In this document: positions 7,364-17,892 of the stretch, piece by piece
Numbering within the stretch: position 1 is the stretch's first letter
Layout of the letters: every line of letters begins with the position of its first letter
NCBI GenBank assembly: GCA_964453605.1
Contig: CAYVOI010000001.1
Span: 241,627-305,626 of the forward strand
Direction: 5' to 3'
Length of the DNA: 64,000 bases
Source: an uncultured Gammaproteobacteria bacterium
Lineage (GTDB): Bacteria; Patescibacteriota; Patescibacteriia; Veblenbacterales; UBA10138
Program-made: the position numbers and the translations under genes
Notes under the pieces: generated by a model
Databases searched by the model: none
The model's input: only the letters and a program-made list of their open reading frames with translations
What the model was told of the DNA's origin: nothing

Positions 7364-9880
7364 TTACTCCAAGGTTATCGTACCGTCCTTAGCCGCTTTG
7401 ATAGTTACCTTGGTTGGCGTTTTTTGGAGGTGGAGCAGTTTGTGGGTTATGGGGTCTTCCACCTGTTCCTGCAGGAAGCGGCGGATGCCGCGAGCACCCT
7501 CGTCTGGCGAAAACGTTTTTTTGGCAATGGCCGCTGCCACCCCACGCCCTAAAGTCACTTCGAGCTTCAGTTTTTGTGCTTTGAGGCGCTGGTTCAAGTC
7601 TGCCACCTGCAGCTTCACAATGTCTTCCAGGTTAGCCTCAGAGAGGGGGTTAAAGATGACTATGCCGTCCAAGCGGTTCAAAAACTCCGGACGGAAGAAC
7701 TTTTTAACCTCGCCCATTAAACGCTCCTTGAGTTCAGCAAAGCTCTCTTGGAATTCGGTTTTACCCTCGCCCCCAGCGCTAAAGCCGAGGCGGGCTTGGT
7801 TTCTGAGCTCTTGCAGCCCGAGGTTAGAGGTCATGAGGATGAGCGAGTTTTTGAAGTTCACCTGCTTCCCAGCCGCGTCGGTTAGGTGCCCATCTTCCAA
7901 AATTTGTAGGAGCAGGTTGAACACATCGGGGTGGGCTTTTTCCAGTTCATCAAACAGCACCACTGAGGCGGGTTTGCGCTTGATGAGGTCAGTGAGCTTG
8001 TTAGAGTCTTTGTAGCCTACGTAGCCAGCGGGCGCGCCGATGAGTTTAGAAATGTTGAACCCTTCGGCAAACTCTGACATGTCGAGGCGTATGAGCGCCG
8101 AGGGGTCACCAAACACCGTCTCGGCTACTGCTTTAGCGAGTTCCGTTTTACCAACGCCTGAAGGCCCTAGGAAAATGAATGAGCCAAGCGGTCGGTTGGG
8201 GTTGCCAAAGCCGAGGCGGCCACGGCGTATGGCCTTGGCCACGTGCGTAATAGCTTCAGCTTGCCCCACCACACGCGTGCTCAAAACGCTCTCCAGCTTT
8301 TGCAGCCGCTCGCGCTCCGGCGCCATGAGCTCGGTCACCGGCACGCCAGTAACCTGGGCTACCACTTGCGCAATTTGCTCTGGGCCAACCGTGCCTAAAC
8401 GTTGCTCCCCGCCGTGGCCCTTGCGCAGGCGCTCCAAATCAGTTTTGACTTTGGCCTCCTCTTCTTTGTAGGCGTTAGCCAGCGGGAAGTTCTCTTCTTT
8501 AATAGCGAGCTCTTTAGCCTCCGTGAGCTGCCGTAAGCGTTCACTGAGCCCACGTTCGGCCGTCAGTTGTTCGCTTGGTGCTTGTGAGGTTTTAAGGTGT
8601 GAGGCCGCTTCGTCCAGCAGGTCTATGGCCTTGTCAGGCAAGAACTTTTCTGGCACGTAGCGCTCGGACAGTCGAACCGCTGCCTCAATCGCCTCGTCGG
8701 TTATGGTAACGTGGTGGAAGTTTTCGTAGCTCGCGCGAACACCTTTTAGTACTTCCATGGTTTCTTCGGGTGTAGGTTCAGCCACCTGCACCACCTGGAA
8801 CCTGCGCTCCAGCGCGGCGTCGGATTCAATGGTCTTTTTGTACTCTTCCTGCGTGGTGGCACCAATGCAGCGGATGAGCCCTTTTGCCAAGGCTGGTTTA
8901 AGTAAGTTAGCCAGATCAAGCGTACCCGGCGCGCCGCCAGCGCCCACAATGGTGTGCACCTCGTCTATAAACAGAATAATTTCTGGGTGAGCCTTGAGTT
9001 CTTCCAGCAGTTGTTTGAGGCGGCCCTCAAACTCACCGCGGTACATGGTGCCTGCCACCATGAGCCCCAGGTCCAGAGCGTAGATTTTTTTGTCGCGGAG
9101 AAAATCAGGCACCGCGCCCTCAGCTATGCGGCGCGCCAACCCTTCCACAATGGCGGTCTTGCCCACCCCGGGGTCGCCGAGGAGCAGGGGATTGTTCTTG
9201 GTGCGCCGTGCCAGGATGTTGATGACCCTGGTGATCTCGCGTTCTCGGCCCACCACCGGGTCCAGCTTAGCGCGTGATTCTTTGGAGGTGAGGTCGGTAG
9301 CAAAAAAGTTTAAAGCTGGCGTGTCACCATCGTCCGCGCGTTCACCTTTGGCCTCGGCCACGGCAAAAGCCTCGGTGAGGTCAGGGAACTTTGAGGTTGA
9401 GCGGAGGACCGAGGTGACGTTAGACTTTAAACTCTTGAGCTCCACGTCGAGCTTGCCCCAGAGTTCTTTCACCTCTGCCTCGTCACTCACCGTGAGCGCG
9501 TAGAGCAGGTGCTCGGTGCCAATGTAGTGGTGCTGGTACTTCCAGGCGGTGAGCACGGAGCGCTCGATAATCTTTTTAACCAAAGGCGACAGGTTGCCAC
9601 CCAAAACTTCCGCCAGCTCGGGGTTACTGTTTACCACTTCAGCCACTTTTTCGACCGTGCGGATAGACTGTGGTGTGGTGCCGAGCTTTTCATGAAGTTT
9701 TAAGGTAGACAGCCCGTGCTTGTCTAGAATCTCTGCTGCCAGGCTGCCGCGTTCGGCGGCCAGCGCGAGCACCAGGTCGGTAACCTCAAGCTCGCTCCGC
9801 CCAGCGGAGAGCGCGCCTCCGCGGGCGCGAGCCAAGATTTTCTGGTAGTGGCTGGTGAATTTTGAGAGTATATCGCTCAT
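7364..9880 (-). CDS. clpC: ATP-dependent Clp protease ATP-binding subunit (ClpC-like AAA+ chaperone)
   Basis: 838 aa. Clp N-domain repeats, two Walker A sites ([18 protein letters not shown]), short middle domain, and an LGF ClpP-docking tripeptide. Confidence 0.85.
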   Translation of the reverse strand: MSDILSKFTSHYQKILARARGGALSAGRSELEVTDLVLALAAERGSLAAEILDKHGLSTLKLHEKLGTTPQSIRTVEKVAEVVNSNPELAEVLGGNLSPLVKKIIERSVLTAWKYQHHYIGTEHLLYALTVSDEAEVKELWGKLDVELKSLKSNVTSVLRSTSKFPDLTEAFAVAEAKGERADDGDTPALNFFATDLTSKESRAKLDPVVGREREITRVINILARRTKNNPLLLGDPGVGKTAIVEGLARRIAEGAVPDFLRDKKIYALDLGLMVAGTMYRGEFEGRLKQLLEELKAHPEIILFIDEVHTIVGAGGAPGTLDLANLLKPALAKGLIRCIGATTQEEYKKTIESDAALERRFQVVQVAEPTPEETMEVLKGVRASYENFHHVTITDEAIEAAVRLSERYVPEKFLPDKAIDLLDEAASHLKTSQAPSEQLTAERGLSERLRQLTEAKELAIKEENFPLANAYKEEEAKVKTDLERLRKGHGGEQRLGTVGPEQIAQVVAQVTGVPVTELMAPERERLQKLESVLSTRVVGQAEAITHVAKAIRRGRLGFGNPNRPLGSFIFLGPSGVGKTELAKAVAETVFGDPSALIRLDMSEFAEGFNISKLIGAPAGYVGYKDSNKLTDLIKRKPASVVLFDELEKAHPDVFNLLLQILEDGHLTDAAGKQVNFKNSLILMTSNLGLQELRNQARLGFSAGGEGKTEFQESFAELKERLMGEVKKFFRPEFLNRLDGIVIFNPLSEANLEDIVKLQVADLNQRLKAQKLKLEVTLGRGVAAAIAKKTFSPDEGARGIRRFLQEQVEDPITHKLLHLQKTPTKVTIKAAKDGTITLE

Positions 9881-9978
9881 AGAGCCTTATAACCTATATA
9901 ACGTTACTGGCCCGGCTTTGGTTCAACAGTAAACGTAACCTTGTATACCTATAGTATACCAGATTCCTGAGGTGCCTA

Positions 9979-10875
9979 TTACCGGTTGCTTTCCATGGCC
10001 CGAAGGGCTGTAACTCGTTCGGCAGTTGGTGGATGAGTGGAGAACAGCCTGCTGACAAAACCAGGTTCTGCACCAAACGGCGAGGAGAAGTACAGGTGAG
10101 CTGTAGCCTCAGAAAGTCTGGTAACTGGCGTGCCGTCAGCTTGTATTTTTTCTAAGGCCCGAGCTAGGCCTTCGGGGTAGCGCGTGAGGAGCGCGCCCGA
10201 AGCGTCGGCTAGGAACTCACGCCGCCGCGAGATGGCTAACTTTATCAGGTTGGCAATGAGGGGTGAAAGTAGGATGAGCACAAAACCCACAATCATAAGA
10301 ATGCCCCCGGCGTTGCCCTCGCGGTCCCGGTTGCCGCCTAAGAATCGGCCTGAGCGCATAAAGAGGTTAGAGAGTATGCTCACCAGCCCAACGAGCACAA
10401 TAACCAGTGTGCCGAGGCGAGTGTCGTAGTTTTTAATGTGGCTGAGTTCGTGTGCAATTACCCCTTCCAGTTCTTCATTCTCTAGTTTCGCGACTATGCC
10501 CTCGGTGAGCGCGATAGAGGCGTGCTCAGGGTTGCGGCCGCAGGCAAAGGCGTTCATAGCCTGGTCGGGTATCAGGTACACCTTGGGCATGGGGATGCCT
10601 TCCGCAATGCAGAGGTTTTCCACCAGCCGCCAGACATAGGGGTTTTCGGATTCAGCAGTGATGGGTACCGCACCCGACAGCCCGAGGGCTATACGGTCGC
10701 CCTGGTAGTAGCTCACCAGTGCCATCACCGTGGCCAGCACGGCAGCGAAGGTAATGGTGCCTACGTAATCACCGTTCCACGCGCCCCAGACGTAGCCCAG
10801 GGCCACAATCAAGCCAAAGAAAATAACTACCAAGAACCAGCTCTTGCGTTTGTTGGCAGCAATTTGGTTGTACAT
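9979..10875 (-). CDS. htpX: Zinc metalloprotease HtpX (M48)
   Basis: HELSHIKNYD HExxH motif, N-terminal TM helices, typical HtpX length. Confidence 0.85.
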   Translation of the reverse strand: MYNQIAANKRKSWFLVVIFFGLIVALGYVWGAWNGDYVGTITFAAVLATVMALVSYYQGDRIALGLSGAVPITAESENPYVWRLVENLCIAEGIPMPKVYLIPDQAMNAFACGRNPEHASIALTEGIVAKLENEELEGVIAHELSHIKNYDTRLGTLVIVLVGLVSILSNLFMRSGRFLGGNRDREGNAGGILMIVGFVLILLSPLIANLIKLAISRRREFLADASGALLTRYPEGLARALEKIQADGTPVTRLSEATAHLYFSSPFGAEPGFVSRLFSTHPPTAERVTALRAMESNR

Positions 10876-10921
10876 AGTTTTTCACTTATGCGAGTGGCCA
10901 AGACCACGCGCTAGCGACTAG

Positions 10922-11557
10922 CTAGAAGCTCACCTTCACTGGCTGCCGCTCAGCGTCACTGTCCACCCCAAAGAACTCACGCTTCTGAAAGCCGAACGAG
11001 TTGCCGATGATGTTGGAGGGGAACGTTTCCAGCGCCGTGTTGAGGTCCCTGACCATACCATTGTAGAATCGGCGGGCGGCTTGGATTTTGTTCTCCGTGT
11101 CGGTAAGGTCGTCCTGGAGTTTGCCAAAGTTAGCTGAAGCCTTAAGGTCGGGGTAGGCCTCGGCCACAGCGAAGAGGCTCTTCAGCGCACCCGAGAGCAT
11201 GTTCTCAGCTTGAGCCTTATCGTTCATGCTTTGCGCACCCATGGCGCGAGTTCGAGCTTCGGTTATGTCGTTAAACACTTTGCTCTCGTGCGTGGCGTAC
11301 CCTTTTACCGTTTCCACCAAGTTTGGTATCAGGTCGTAGCGGCGCTTGAGCTGCACGTCGATGTCGCTCCAACCTTCGGCCGAGCGGTTTTTGAGCGAGA
11401 CCAAACGGTTGTAGGTAGCAATGGCCCAAATGATAACCAGAACTACAATGGCGATAACAATAGTGGTTGGTGACATAAGTTTACGGTAAAGGTTTAGTGA
11501 CGCTTTTGGTGTTCCAGCGTCAAGAACCAACTTTAGCATTTCTAGGTGAAAAATCAA
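10922..11557 (-). CDS. lemA: LemA family protein
   Basis: 211 aa, N-terminal TM segment, LemA-like coiled region. Forms the canonical lemA-htpX pair. Confidence 0.8.
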   Translation of the reverse strand: MIFHLEMLKLVLDAGTPKASLNLYRKLMSPTTIVIAIVVLVIIWAIATYNRLVSLKNRSAEGWSDIDVQLKRRYDLIPNLVETVKGYATHESKVFNDITEARTRAMGAQSMNDKAQAENMLSGALKSLFAVAEAYPDLKASANFGKLQDDLTDTENKIQAARRFYNGMVRDLNTALETFPSNIIGNSFGFQKREFFGVDSDAERQPVKVSF

Positions 11558-11641
11558 GCAGGTTTTGTTCGTTGTATGTAGTGGTGGCGGTTTATTTTAG
11601 CTTGTTTTAGCTGAAATTTAAGGCCTATAAGCGGCTATCCC

Positions 11642-11670
11642 TTGACAAATTACTTAGGCTGCGCTATAGT
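11642..11670 (+). promoter_or_regulatory. Near-consensus sigma70-like promoter (TTGACA-N17-TATAGT)
   Basis: TTGACA 11642-11647 and TATAGT 11665-11670. It faces a roughly 600-nt ORF-poor, hairpin-rich region. Confidence 0.4.
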
Positions 11671-12014
11671 AATCAGTTACTGCAAAACTGCGCAGTAGCA
11701 CCAGGAGCAGCCGAAAATCGGCTGACCAGATGGAAAACCCTTACGGAAAACAAACAAGGAGAGTGCCCTAATGGCCTCGTACCCAACTGGTTTCATCTAG
11801 TTTAACAACCCATCGTCGTTCTTCCCGTCGATCATACTAGTCGAACAGTCAAACAACCAACGCCGGAACGCGATGAAAAAATTTCCCAACGGGTTTACGT
11901 AGCGTATGCGCTACATAGGGGGACATCGACAACTTGTCCCCCACGCGCCTAAGTTCATCTGAGTCTCATGTAAGAAGGTGACTTTAGGGGTGTTCATTAC
12001 CAATGGTTGCTCCG

Positions 12015-12250
12015 CAACCGCCCCGATGACCGTCGGGGTGAGAGCGAAGCTCTCAGTTGTCTCTACTACCCTGGGAGGGGAGAACCCTGAAGTAGGCTTT
12101 CAGCCACTTCAGGGCAAGGGGATATGCTAAGGCCAGAGCCGGTTTACACTGGCTCTAACCGGAGGTATATTCCTGGCACGCTGGCCTTCGGGCTTAAGGC
12201 GAGCCATTCTCCTACAGGGTTGTAGTGACAATTAATTCAAGTACCAAAAT
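12015..12250 (+). ncRNA. Structured RNA leader/ncRNA, paralog copy 1
   Basis: Shares ordered hairpins with 38245..38500: CCCCGA-N6-TCGGGGTGAG, then GAGnGCGnAGCnCTC, a GCC-UUCG-GGC tetraloop hairpin, and an AT-rich tail before a strong SD. Confidence 0.35.
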
Positions 12251-12266
12251 AAAAAATGGAGGGTGT

Positions 12267-12446
12267 ATGGAAACAACAAAAATTGTCGTTACGCGACGCA
12301 GTGCTGATTACCACGCGTGCATCAAAGGTCACCCGGAAATTTGGGGTTGTGGGGCATCAATTGCCGAGGCAGTTGGCAATTTGGTTCAAACGCACAGAAC
12401 CGAGTTCAATCTCGAATTTGAGGCTGACATGCCCGATCCCGTGTGA
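12267..12446 (+). CDS. HicB-like (UPF0150) small antitoxin-fold protein
   Basis: 59 aa METTKIVVTRRSADYHACIKGHPEIWGCGASIAEAVGNLVQTH matches the H-x-C-x-x-x-P-x-x-G-x-G-x-S-x-x-EA pattern of the HicB N-terminal domain. Strong SD GGAGGGTG. Confidence 0.45.
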   Translation: METTKIVVTRRSADYHACIKGHPEIWGCGASIAEAVGNLVQTHRTEFNLEFEADMPDPV

Positions 12447-12529
12447 ATTTTCTGTTGACTGTTAGTTGGAACGCCGTATGGTTTCGCCCAGCGGCTTTTC
12501 TTTTTTACTCATTCTGCTAGGCTCTAACT

Positions 12530-13634
12530 ATGCAAGAAGCTGAGCTTGTTCGTAACCTTCGCGCGCTGAAGACCAGAGTCGAGGATGCGCGGAACTGGCT
12601 TTGACCCAGAAAGGGTAAGGGCCAGGTTGGCCGCGCTCGAGGCTGAGATGTCAGCCCCTGAGTTCTGGGCTGATCAGAACCGAGCTAGAGCCGTAACCGC
12701 TGAGCACGACGGCGCTAAAACTGAGCTTGAAGCCTGGGAGAAGTTGCAGCGGGAAGTTGGTGATGCTCTAGAGCTTGCGAGTGCTGACCAAGCTGACCAA
12801 TCGGTTTCTCTCCGTGATGATTTAGAAAAAGTGTACGGCGCTCTACTCAAGCGAGTAGAGGCTTTTGAGTTTAAAAAGTTGCTCGGGCAAAAGTACGACG
12901 AGGCCAATGTGCTACTCGCTGTACACGCTGGCGCTGGCGGCACTGACGCGCAAGACTGGGCTGAGATGCTCCGGCGCATGTACCTCCGGTACGCTGACCA
13001 AATGGACTGGCACGCTGAAGTGGTGGACGAGTCGCGAGGTGGTGAGGCGGGCATCAAGAGCTCTCTCCTCAAAATTACTGGTCGTTATGCTTATGGATAT
13101 TTAAAATGCGAAGCCGGTGTGCACCGCCTGGTGCGCATTTCCCCGTTCGACGCTGAGAAAATGCGCCACACCTCATTCGCGCTCGTGGAGGTGCTGCCTG
13201 AGCTGCCAGAGGTGGGCGAGGTGGAGCTGGACCTTAAAGATTTGCGTATTGATACGTTCATGTCCTCAGGGCACGGCGGGCAAAGCGTAAACACCACGTA
13301 CTCAGCGGTACGCATTGTCCACATTCCAACTGGCATCACGGTCACCTGCCAGAATGAACGTTCACAAATGCAGAACAAAGAAACCGCCATGAAGTACCTG
13401 CGGGCCAAGCTGTGGCAGCTCGAGTGGGGTAAGCAGCAAGCTGAAAAGCAAAAACTCAGGGGAGAGTTCAAGAGTGCGGAGTGGGGGAACCAGGCTCGGT
13501 CGTACGTTTTGCACCCTTACAAGTTGGTGAAAGACCACCGCACCGAGTTTGAAACCACCAACCCTGATGTTGTACTCAACGGTGAGCTTACGCCGTTTAT
13601 AGAAGCCAGGCTTAAGCAGCTGGCGACCGCCTAA
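12530..13634 (+). CDS. prfB: Peptide chain release factor 2, with programmed +1 ribosomal frameshift
   Basis: Frame 0 runs from ATG 12530 (MQEAELVRNLRALKTRVEDARNWL) into CTT TGA C at 12599-12605. The +1 frame from 12603 continues through SPF and GGQ motifs to 13634. CDS is join(12530..12601,12603..13634). Confidence 0.9.
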
Positions 13635-13643
13635 GCTAAACCT

Positions 13644-15077
13644 ATGGGTGAAGTTGTTATTCCACGAGTACCTTCTCTTCACCCAGCACAAACGTTCCGC
13701 TGGGTTACCTTAGGGTTGGTAGCCGGTTTTGCCGCTAGTGTGGTTGTACGTTTGCCTTGGCAGATGTGTGTGCTGGCAGTGGCCTTGGTAGTTACATTTA
13801 TTTTGCTGCAGCGACAGCTGAGAGCGGTGGGGTTGCTGACGCTTGGATGTTTGTTGGCGTTGCTCAGGACAAGTTTTCTGACCTCCCCACCCCCACCGTC
13901 GTTTTTCGTTGGACCGCAGCAGTTTGAAGCTAAAATTGTAGAGGAGCCTAAAGTTTCTGAGCGTTCACGGCGCTACGTAGTGCAGCCTGAAGCGTCAGCC
14001 GTGGGGCAGGTGGTGCTCGTTACTTTGCCGTACCCAGGCTATCGCTATGGCGACCGCCTCAGAGTGAGTTGTAAAAACGTGGAGGTGGTTGACTTTGCTG
14101 GCTACACTAATCAAGGCGTGTGGCGGCAGTGTACGTTTCCAGATTTGGAGCTAGTAGCTAGGTCAGGGTGGAGTTTGCGGGGTTCGCTACTCGAGCTTAA
14201 GTACGGAGTTGGTGCTTACATGCAGAACTTGCTCAATGAACCGTACGCGGCGCTGGCTGCGGGCATGCTCTGGGGCGACTACAGTAAACTACCTCAGTCT
14301 ACCATCGACGCCTTTCGCCGGACTGGCACCTCACACCTCCTGGCCGTGTCTGGGTACAACGTCATGGTGCTGTCGGAAATTCTGTTCACCGTGCTTATTG
14401 CGGTAGGCCTTTGGCGCAAGCAGGCGAGCTGGGTAGTGGTTGGTGTGCTGATTTTGTTTACCTTGTTCACTGGCGCTGAGGCGTCAGTAGTTAGGGCAGC
14501 TATTATGGCGTCGCTTCTCATTGCCGCGCGTCTCTTGGCCCGCAAACCTGACCGAGTGAATGTGCTTCTTGGCACCGCCGCCGCCATGTTGCTCTTTGGC
14601 CCGCGGCTGGTGCTTGACCTAGGCTTTCAGCTCAGCTTTGGCGCCATGGCCGGGTTGATGTTTGTGGCGCCGGTGTTTGAGCAGCAGTTCAGTTTACTGC
14701 CAGAAGTTTGGGGCCTCAGGCAGTCGGTAGCCCAGACCATGGCCGCGACAGTTGTAACACTGCCTATTATTCTCGTGCGGCTAGACCAACTCAGCCTGGT
14801 GAGTCCGTTTGCTAACGTGCTGCTCGGGCCGGTGGTTGTTCTGGTGTTTGCCCTTGGCTTACCCCTTTTGGTGCTCGGGATGGTGCAGTGGCTGGCAGCG
14901 CCGTTAGCTTGGGCGCTCACTGCCGTGCTCTACTACGTTATTACAGTGGTAGAGTCGCTCGCCAGTTTGCCCTGGGCCTGGACGCAGGGTAGTGCTGTGG
15001 CTTGGATAGCGGTAGTAATGCTGTATGCTGTAGGCGCCTGGTGGCTCTGGCCGCGACCTGAGGGTGCCAAGAAGTAG
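13644..15077 (+). CDS. comEC: ComEC/Rec2 family competence membrane protein
   Basis: 477 aa, polytopic membrane protein with the SHLLAVSGYNV competence-domain motif. No beta-lactamase domain. Confidence 0.8.
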   Translation: MGEVVIPRVPSLHPAQTFRWVTLGLVAGFAASVVVRLPWQMCVLAVALVVTFILLQRQLRAVGLLTLGCLLALLRTSFLTSPPPPSFFVGPQQFEAKIVEEPKVSERSRRYVVQPEASAVGQVVLVTLPYPGYRYGDRLRVSCKNVEVVDFAGYTNQGVWRQCTFPDLELVARSGWSLRGSLLELKYGVGAYMQNLLNEPYAALAAGMLWGDYSKLPQSTIDAFRRTGTSHLLAVSGYNVMVLSEILFTVLIAVGLWRKQASWVVVGVLILFTLFTGAEASVVRAAIMASLLIAARLLARKPDRVNVLLGTAAAMLLFGPRLVLDLGFQLSFGAMAGLMFVAPVFEQQFSLLPEVWGLRQSVAQTMAATVVTLPIILVRLDQLSLVSPFANVLLGPVVVLVFALGLPLLVLGMVQWLAAPLAWALTAVLYYVITVVESLASLPWAWTQGSAVAWIAVVMLYAVGAWWLWPRPEGAKK

Positions 15078-15146
15078 ACGCCTTGTCAGCACCTTGCTTT
15101 GTGTTATTATGAGGTGGCTAATAATTTAATTTTTTCATTAGACCGT

Positions 15147-16250
15147 ATGGCTAAATCTGCTCAGAGCGAAGTGATTCATGATTTTGCCAGCTTTCCAGTT
15201 TTCAAAACCAAGGTAGAGGGTAGCCCTCGCTTTAACCTCAACGACCCGGCCGAACGTAAGAAGTACTTTGAACTCAAAATGGGTGCTGAGCTCAAGGCCA
15301 TGAAGCAGTACCTCGACGATGGTAAAACGTTCGTGGCCCTGCTCTTAGGGAAAAAGAACTCGGGCAAGGGTACCTACTCCAAGTTGTTCATGGAAGCAGT
15401 GGGGAGCGACAGGATTGGTCACATTTCTATTGGTGACATTGTCCGCGATGCTCATGCTATGGCGCAAACTGAGGCCGGCCAAGCTGAACTAGTTGAATTT
15501 TTGCGTAAAAACTACCGCGGGTTTCACTCACCAGAGGAAACCATTGACCTTATCTTGGGCAGGAACCAGTCCTCGCTCATTTCCTCAGAGCTCATTGTTG
15601 GCCTTATTAAGTACGAAATTTCCAAGCGGCCTCGGCAGGCCCTGTTCATCGATGGTTTCCCCCGTGCCCTGGACCAAATGAGCTACGCCATGTACCTCAA
15701 AGAGATAATTGGCTATCGTGCCGACCCCGACCTGTTGGTATTCATTAGCCTCCCGAGTTCGGTTATCAACGAGCGCATTAAATACCGCGTCATCTGTCCC
15801 ATCTGTAAAACACCTCGGAATCTGAAGCTCATGGCCACGCGCCAGGCTGGGTATGATGAGGCTACCAAGCAGTTCTATCTTATGTGTGATAACCCCAGCT
15901 GTAATGGCGCGCGTATGGTACCAAAAGAGGGTGATGAGTTGGGTATAGAGCCTATTCGGGAGCGGTTAGAGCTCGATGATAAGATCATGCGCCACCTTCT
16001 GAAGCTCCACGGTATTCCTAAGGTGTACCTCAGGAACGCTATTCCGGTGGACGAGGCAGCTGATAAGGTTGATGACTACGAAATCACCCCCGGCTACAGC
16101 TATGAACAAGCATCTGATGGCTCAGTAAAGATTAACGAGTCACGCTGGGTGATTAAAGATGACGAGGGGCGGGACAGCTATAGCTTGCTACCCCCGCCGA
16201 TTGTGGTAGCACTGGTGAAGCAGATGACCAAGGCACTTGGTCTAAGGTAG
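15147..16250 (+). CDS. Divergent adenylate/nucleoside-monophosphate-kinase-like protein with a long C-terminal extension
   Basis: GKKNSGKGTYSKLF P-loop; ISIGDIVRDA resembles ISTGDMFRDN of Adk; lid-like CPICK...C..C cluster. 367 aa versus 210 aa for the canonical adk in this window. Confidence 0.5.
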   Translation: MAKSAQSEVIHDFASFPVFKTKVEGSPRFNLNDPAERKKYFELKMGAELKAMKQYLDDGKTFVALLLGKKNSGKGTYSKLFMEAVGSDRIGHISIGDIVRDAHAMAQTEAGQAELVEFLRKNYRGFHSPEETIDLILGRNQSSLISSELIVGLIKYEISKRPRQALFIDGFPRALDQMSYAMYLKEIIGYRADPDLLVFISLPSSVINERIKYRVICPICKTPRNLKLMATRQAGYDEATKQFYLMCDNPSCNGARMVPKEGDELGIEPIRERLELDDKIMRHLLKLHGIPKVYLRNAIPVDEAADKVDDYEITPGYSYEQASDGSVKINESRWVIKDDEGRDSYSLLPPPIVVALVKQMTKALGLR

Positions 16251-16256
16251 TTTTAT

Positions 16257-16709
16257 ATGGCGACAGATGAGAAGAAGCGCGTAGGGGCAGGCTTTGGTGT
16301 TATCCTAGAACGCGACGGCAAAATTCTTTTAGGTCTGCGGCACCCCGACCCCGACAAGGCTGATTCAGCTTTCCGTAGCGCCGGCGAGTGGTGGTTGCCC
16401 GGCGGGAAGTTGGAATGGGGAGAAAGTTTTGAGGCCGGTGCGGCCCGCGAGGTCAAAGAAGAAACTAGCATTACCATCGAAAACCCTAAGGTTATCTCGG
16501 TTCACAATTGTAAGAACGAGCACGCCCACTTTATGACCGTTGGGCTCGTGACTCATACGTGGCAGGGAGAAGCCCGGGTAATGGAACCAGATGAAATAGT
16601 GCAGTGGGAATGGTTTGGCCTCAACAGCTTGCCTCAGCCCAGGTATTTTCCTAGTTTTGAGGTCATAGAAAATTACGTACAAGGTAAATTCTATATATCG
16701 AGGCCATAA
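16257..16709 (+). CDS. NUDIX hydrolase
   Basis: Nudix box GGKLEWGESFEAGAAREVKEETSI. Confidence 0.8.
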   Translation: MATDEKKRVGAGFGVILERDGKILLGLRHPDPDKADSAFRSAGEWWLPGGKLEWGESFEAGAAREVKEETSITIENPKVISVHNCKNEHAHFMTVGLVTHTWQGEARVMEPDEIVQWEWFGLNSLPQPRYFPSFEVIENYVQGKFYISRP

Positions 16710-16823
16710 GTAGCCCTCGTTAACCCACAGCACCTATCAGCTACAAGCGTGCCGAGAAGACATGGTGTTCTAGTGTGAAACGTGCTACACTATAGCTACC
16801 TTAGCAGTTAACGTTTATGTACT

Positions 16824-17174
16824 ATGGGTAAAGAGTATAGCCGAGAAATGTATGAGCAGGCCGAGGGCAAAGTTCATAGCCTGGAAGAGAGGGGCCAGCA
16901 GCTAGCTGCGGAAATTCAGCGGGATATAGAGGAACATGGCGTACGAGGCTACTTGAAGCATGCCATGAACTTAAACATTCTGCGAACTAATCTTGAAGTT
17001 GGGCAAATCTACCAAGCGGAGGCCAAACGTGCTCAAGTTCTTGAAGCGGGGGAGGCTGAAGCGGTAGAGCTTAATAATGAGCACGCCCGGCTCCAGCAGA
17101 AGGTAGCTGAGGCTCTAGGCCAGTTGGCACAGTTTGAAAAAGATAAGCTGGGCATGCACGTCGAAGAGACATGA
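16824..17174 (+). CDS. Hypothetical coiled-coil protein
   Basis: 116 aa, Glu/Ala/Gln-rich heptad-like sequence. Followed by a strong terminator. Confidence 0.4.
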   Translation: MGKEYSREMYEQAEGKVHSLEERGQQLAAEIQRDIEEHGVRGYLKHAMNLNILRTNLEVGQIYQAEAKRAQVLEAGEAEAVELNNEHARLQQKVAEALGQLAQFEKDKLGMHVEET

Positions 17175-17197
17175 TGGTTTAAACTATGGTGTGGTTC

Positions 17198-17228
17198 AAC
17201 GTGCCCCTGCGGGGGCACGTTTTGGTTT
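17198..17228 (+). terminator. Rho-independent terminator
   Basis: AACGTGCCCC-tgcg-GGGGCACGTT followed by TTGGTTT. Confidence 0.55.
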
Positions 17229-17605
17229 ACCGTTTGACAGCCCGAGTAGTTGTGCTACTATACCCCAATACCTTATAGGTTTATGGCTAACTTCAGCCAC
17301 AAGTCGGTCCGCACTACCCAGGTTGTTTGCTTTAGCCTGGTGCTTTGCCTGTGCCTGGAGCGGCTTGGAACTATGAGGTAGATTTCGAAAGCAAAACCCT
17401 CACGCAAATTCCTGAGCCGCCCCTTACCGGAGCGGCTCACGTGTTGTAACAGCGCTTTTTAACAACTAAATCATCAACTCAATCAGGCTACTGTTAGAGA
17501 AAGGAGGAGCACGAAGGGCACTACATGCCCAAACGAGCCAACCCAGCTATTCACTACATCACCACCAACGCTGAGTGGCAGAGCCACTCAAGAAAGGAGC
17601 AGTAC

Positions 17606-17881
17606 ATGCCACACCCGAACGGAGAGCTTGTGACCCAAGCGATGCCAGAGCGCACGTTAGCAGCTCCGCGCCAGCTATCAGCCCCCGGCTACACCAGTCC
17701 CCATGAAATTGGTCGCCACTGTGTTGTGAATATTGGCGGCACCGACCAAGTAGTGTGCTTCTACATGCACTGTGCTGTAACCGGAACGGTTGATAACCTG
17801 AAAAACTTTCTTTTGCAGCCCTGCCAGCGCCGTCGCGGCGACGAAGAAACGCGTGACAGCTGGGGAAACGTTCGACCTTGA
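17606..17881 (+). CDS. Hypothetical small protein
   Basis: 91 aa; SD AAAGGAG 6 nt upstream of ATG 17606. Confidence 0.4.
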   Translation: MPHPNGELVTQAMPERTLAAPRQLSAPGYTSPHEIGRHCVVNIGGTDQVVCFYMHCAVTGTVDNLKNFLLQPCQRRRGDEETRDSWGNVRP

Positions 17882-17892
17882 AAGGAGCCACC

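Noticed and set aside
7398-9703. Multiple 100-200-aa plus-strand ORFs inside clpC
   Set aside because: They are antisense frames of a GC-rich gene, with no starts with RBS and Arg/Ser/Pro-rich low-complexity translations.
11678-12250. Possibility that the long non-coding region is tmRNA or RNase P RNA
   Set aside because: It has no GGGG 5' end, no tag-peptide frame ending in hydrophobic residues plus a stop, no tRNA-like CCA 3' end, and none of the P4 (AGGAAAGUCCGGGC) or GGUAAAC-CCACC consensus blocks of RNase P.
12256-12465. 69-aa ORF overlapping the HicB-like gene in another frame
   Set aside because: The alternative frame has no RBS. The 12267 frame has a strong SD and a recognisable fold motif.
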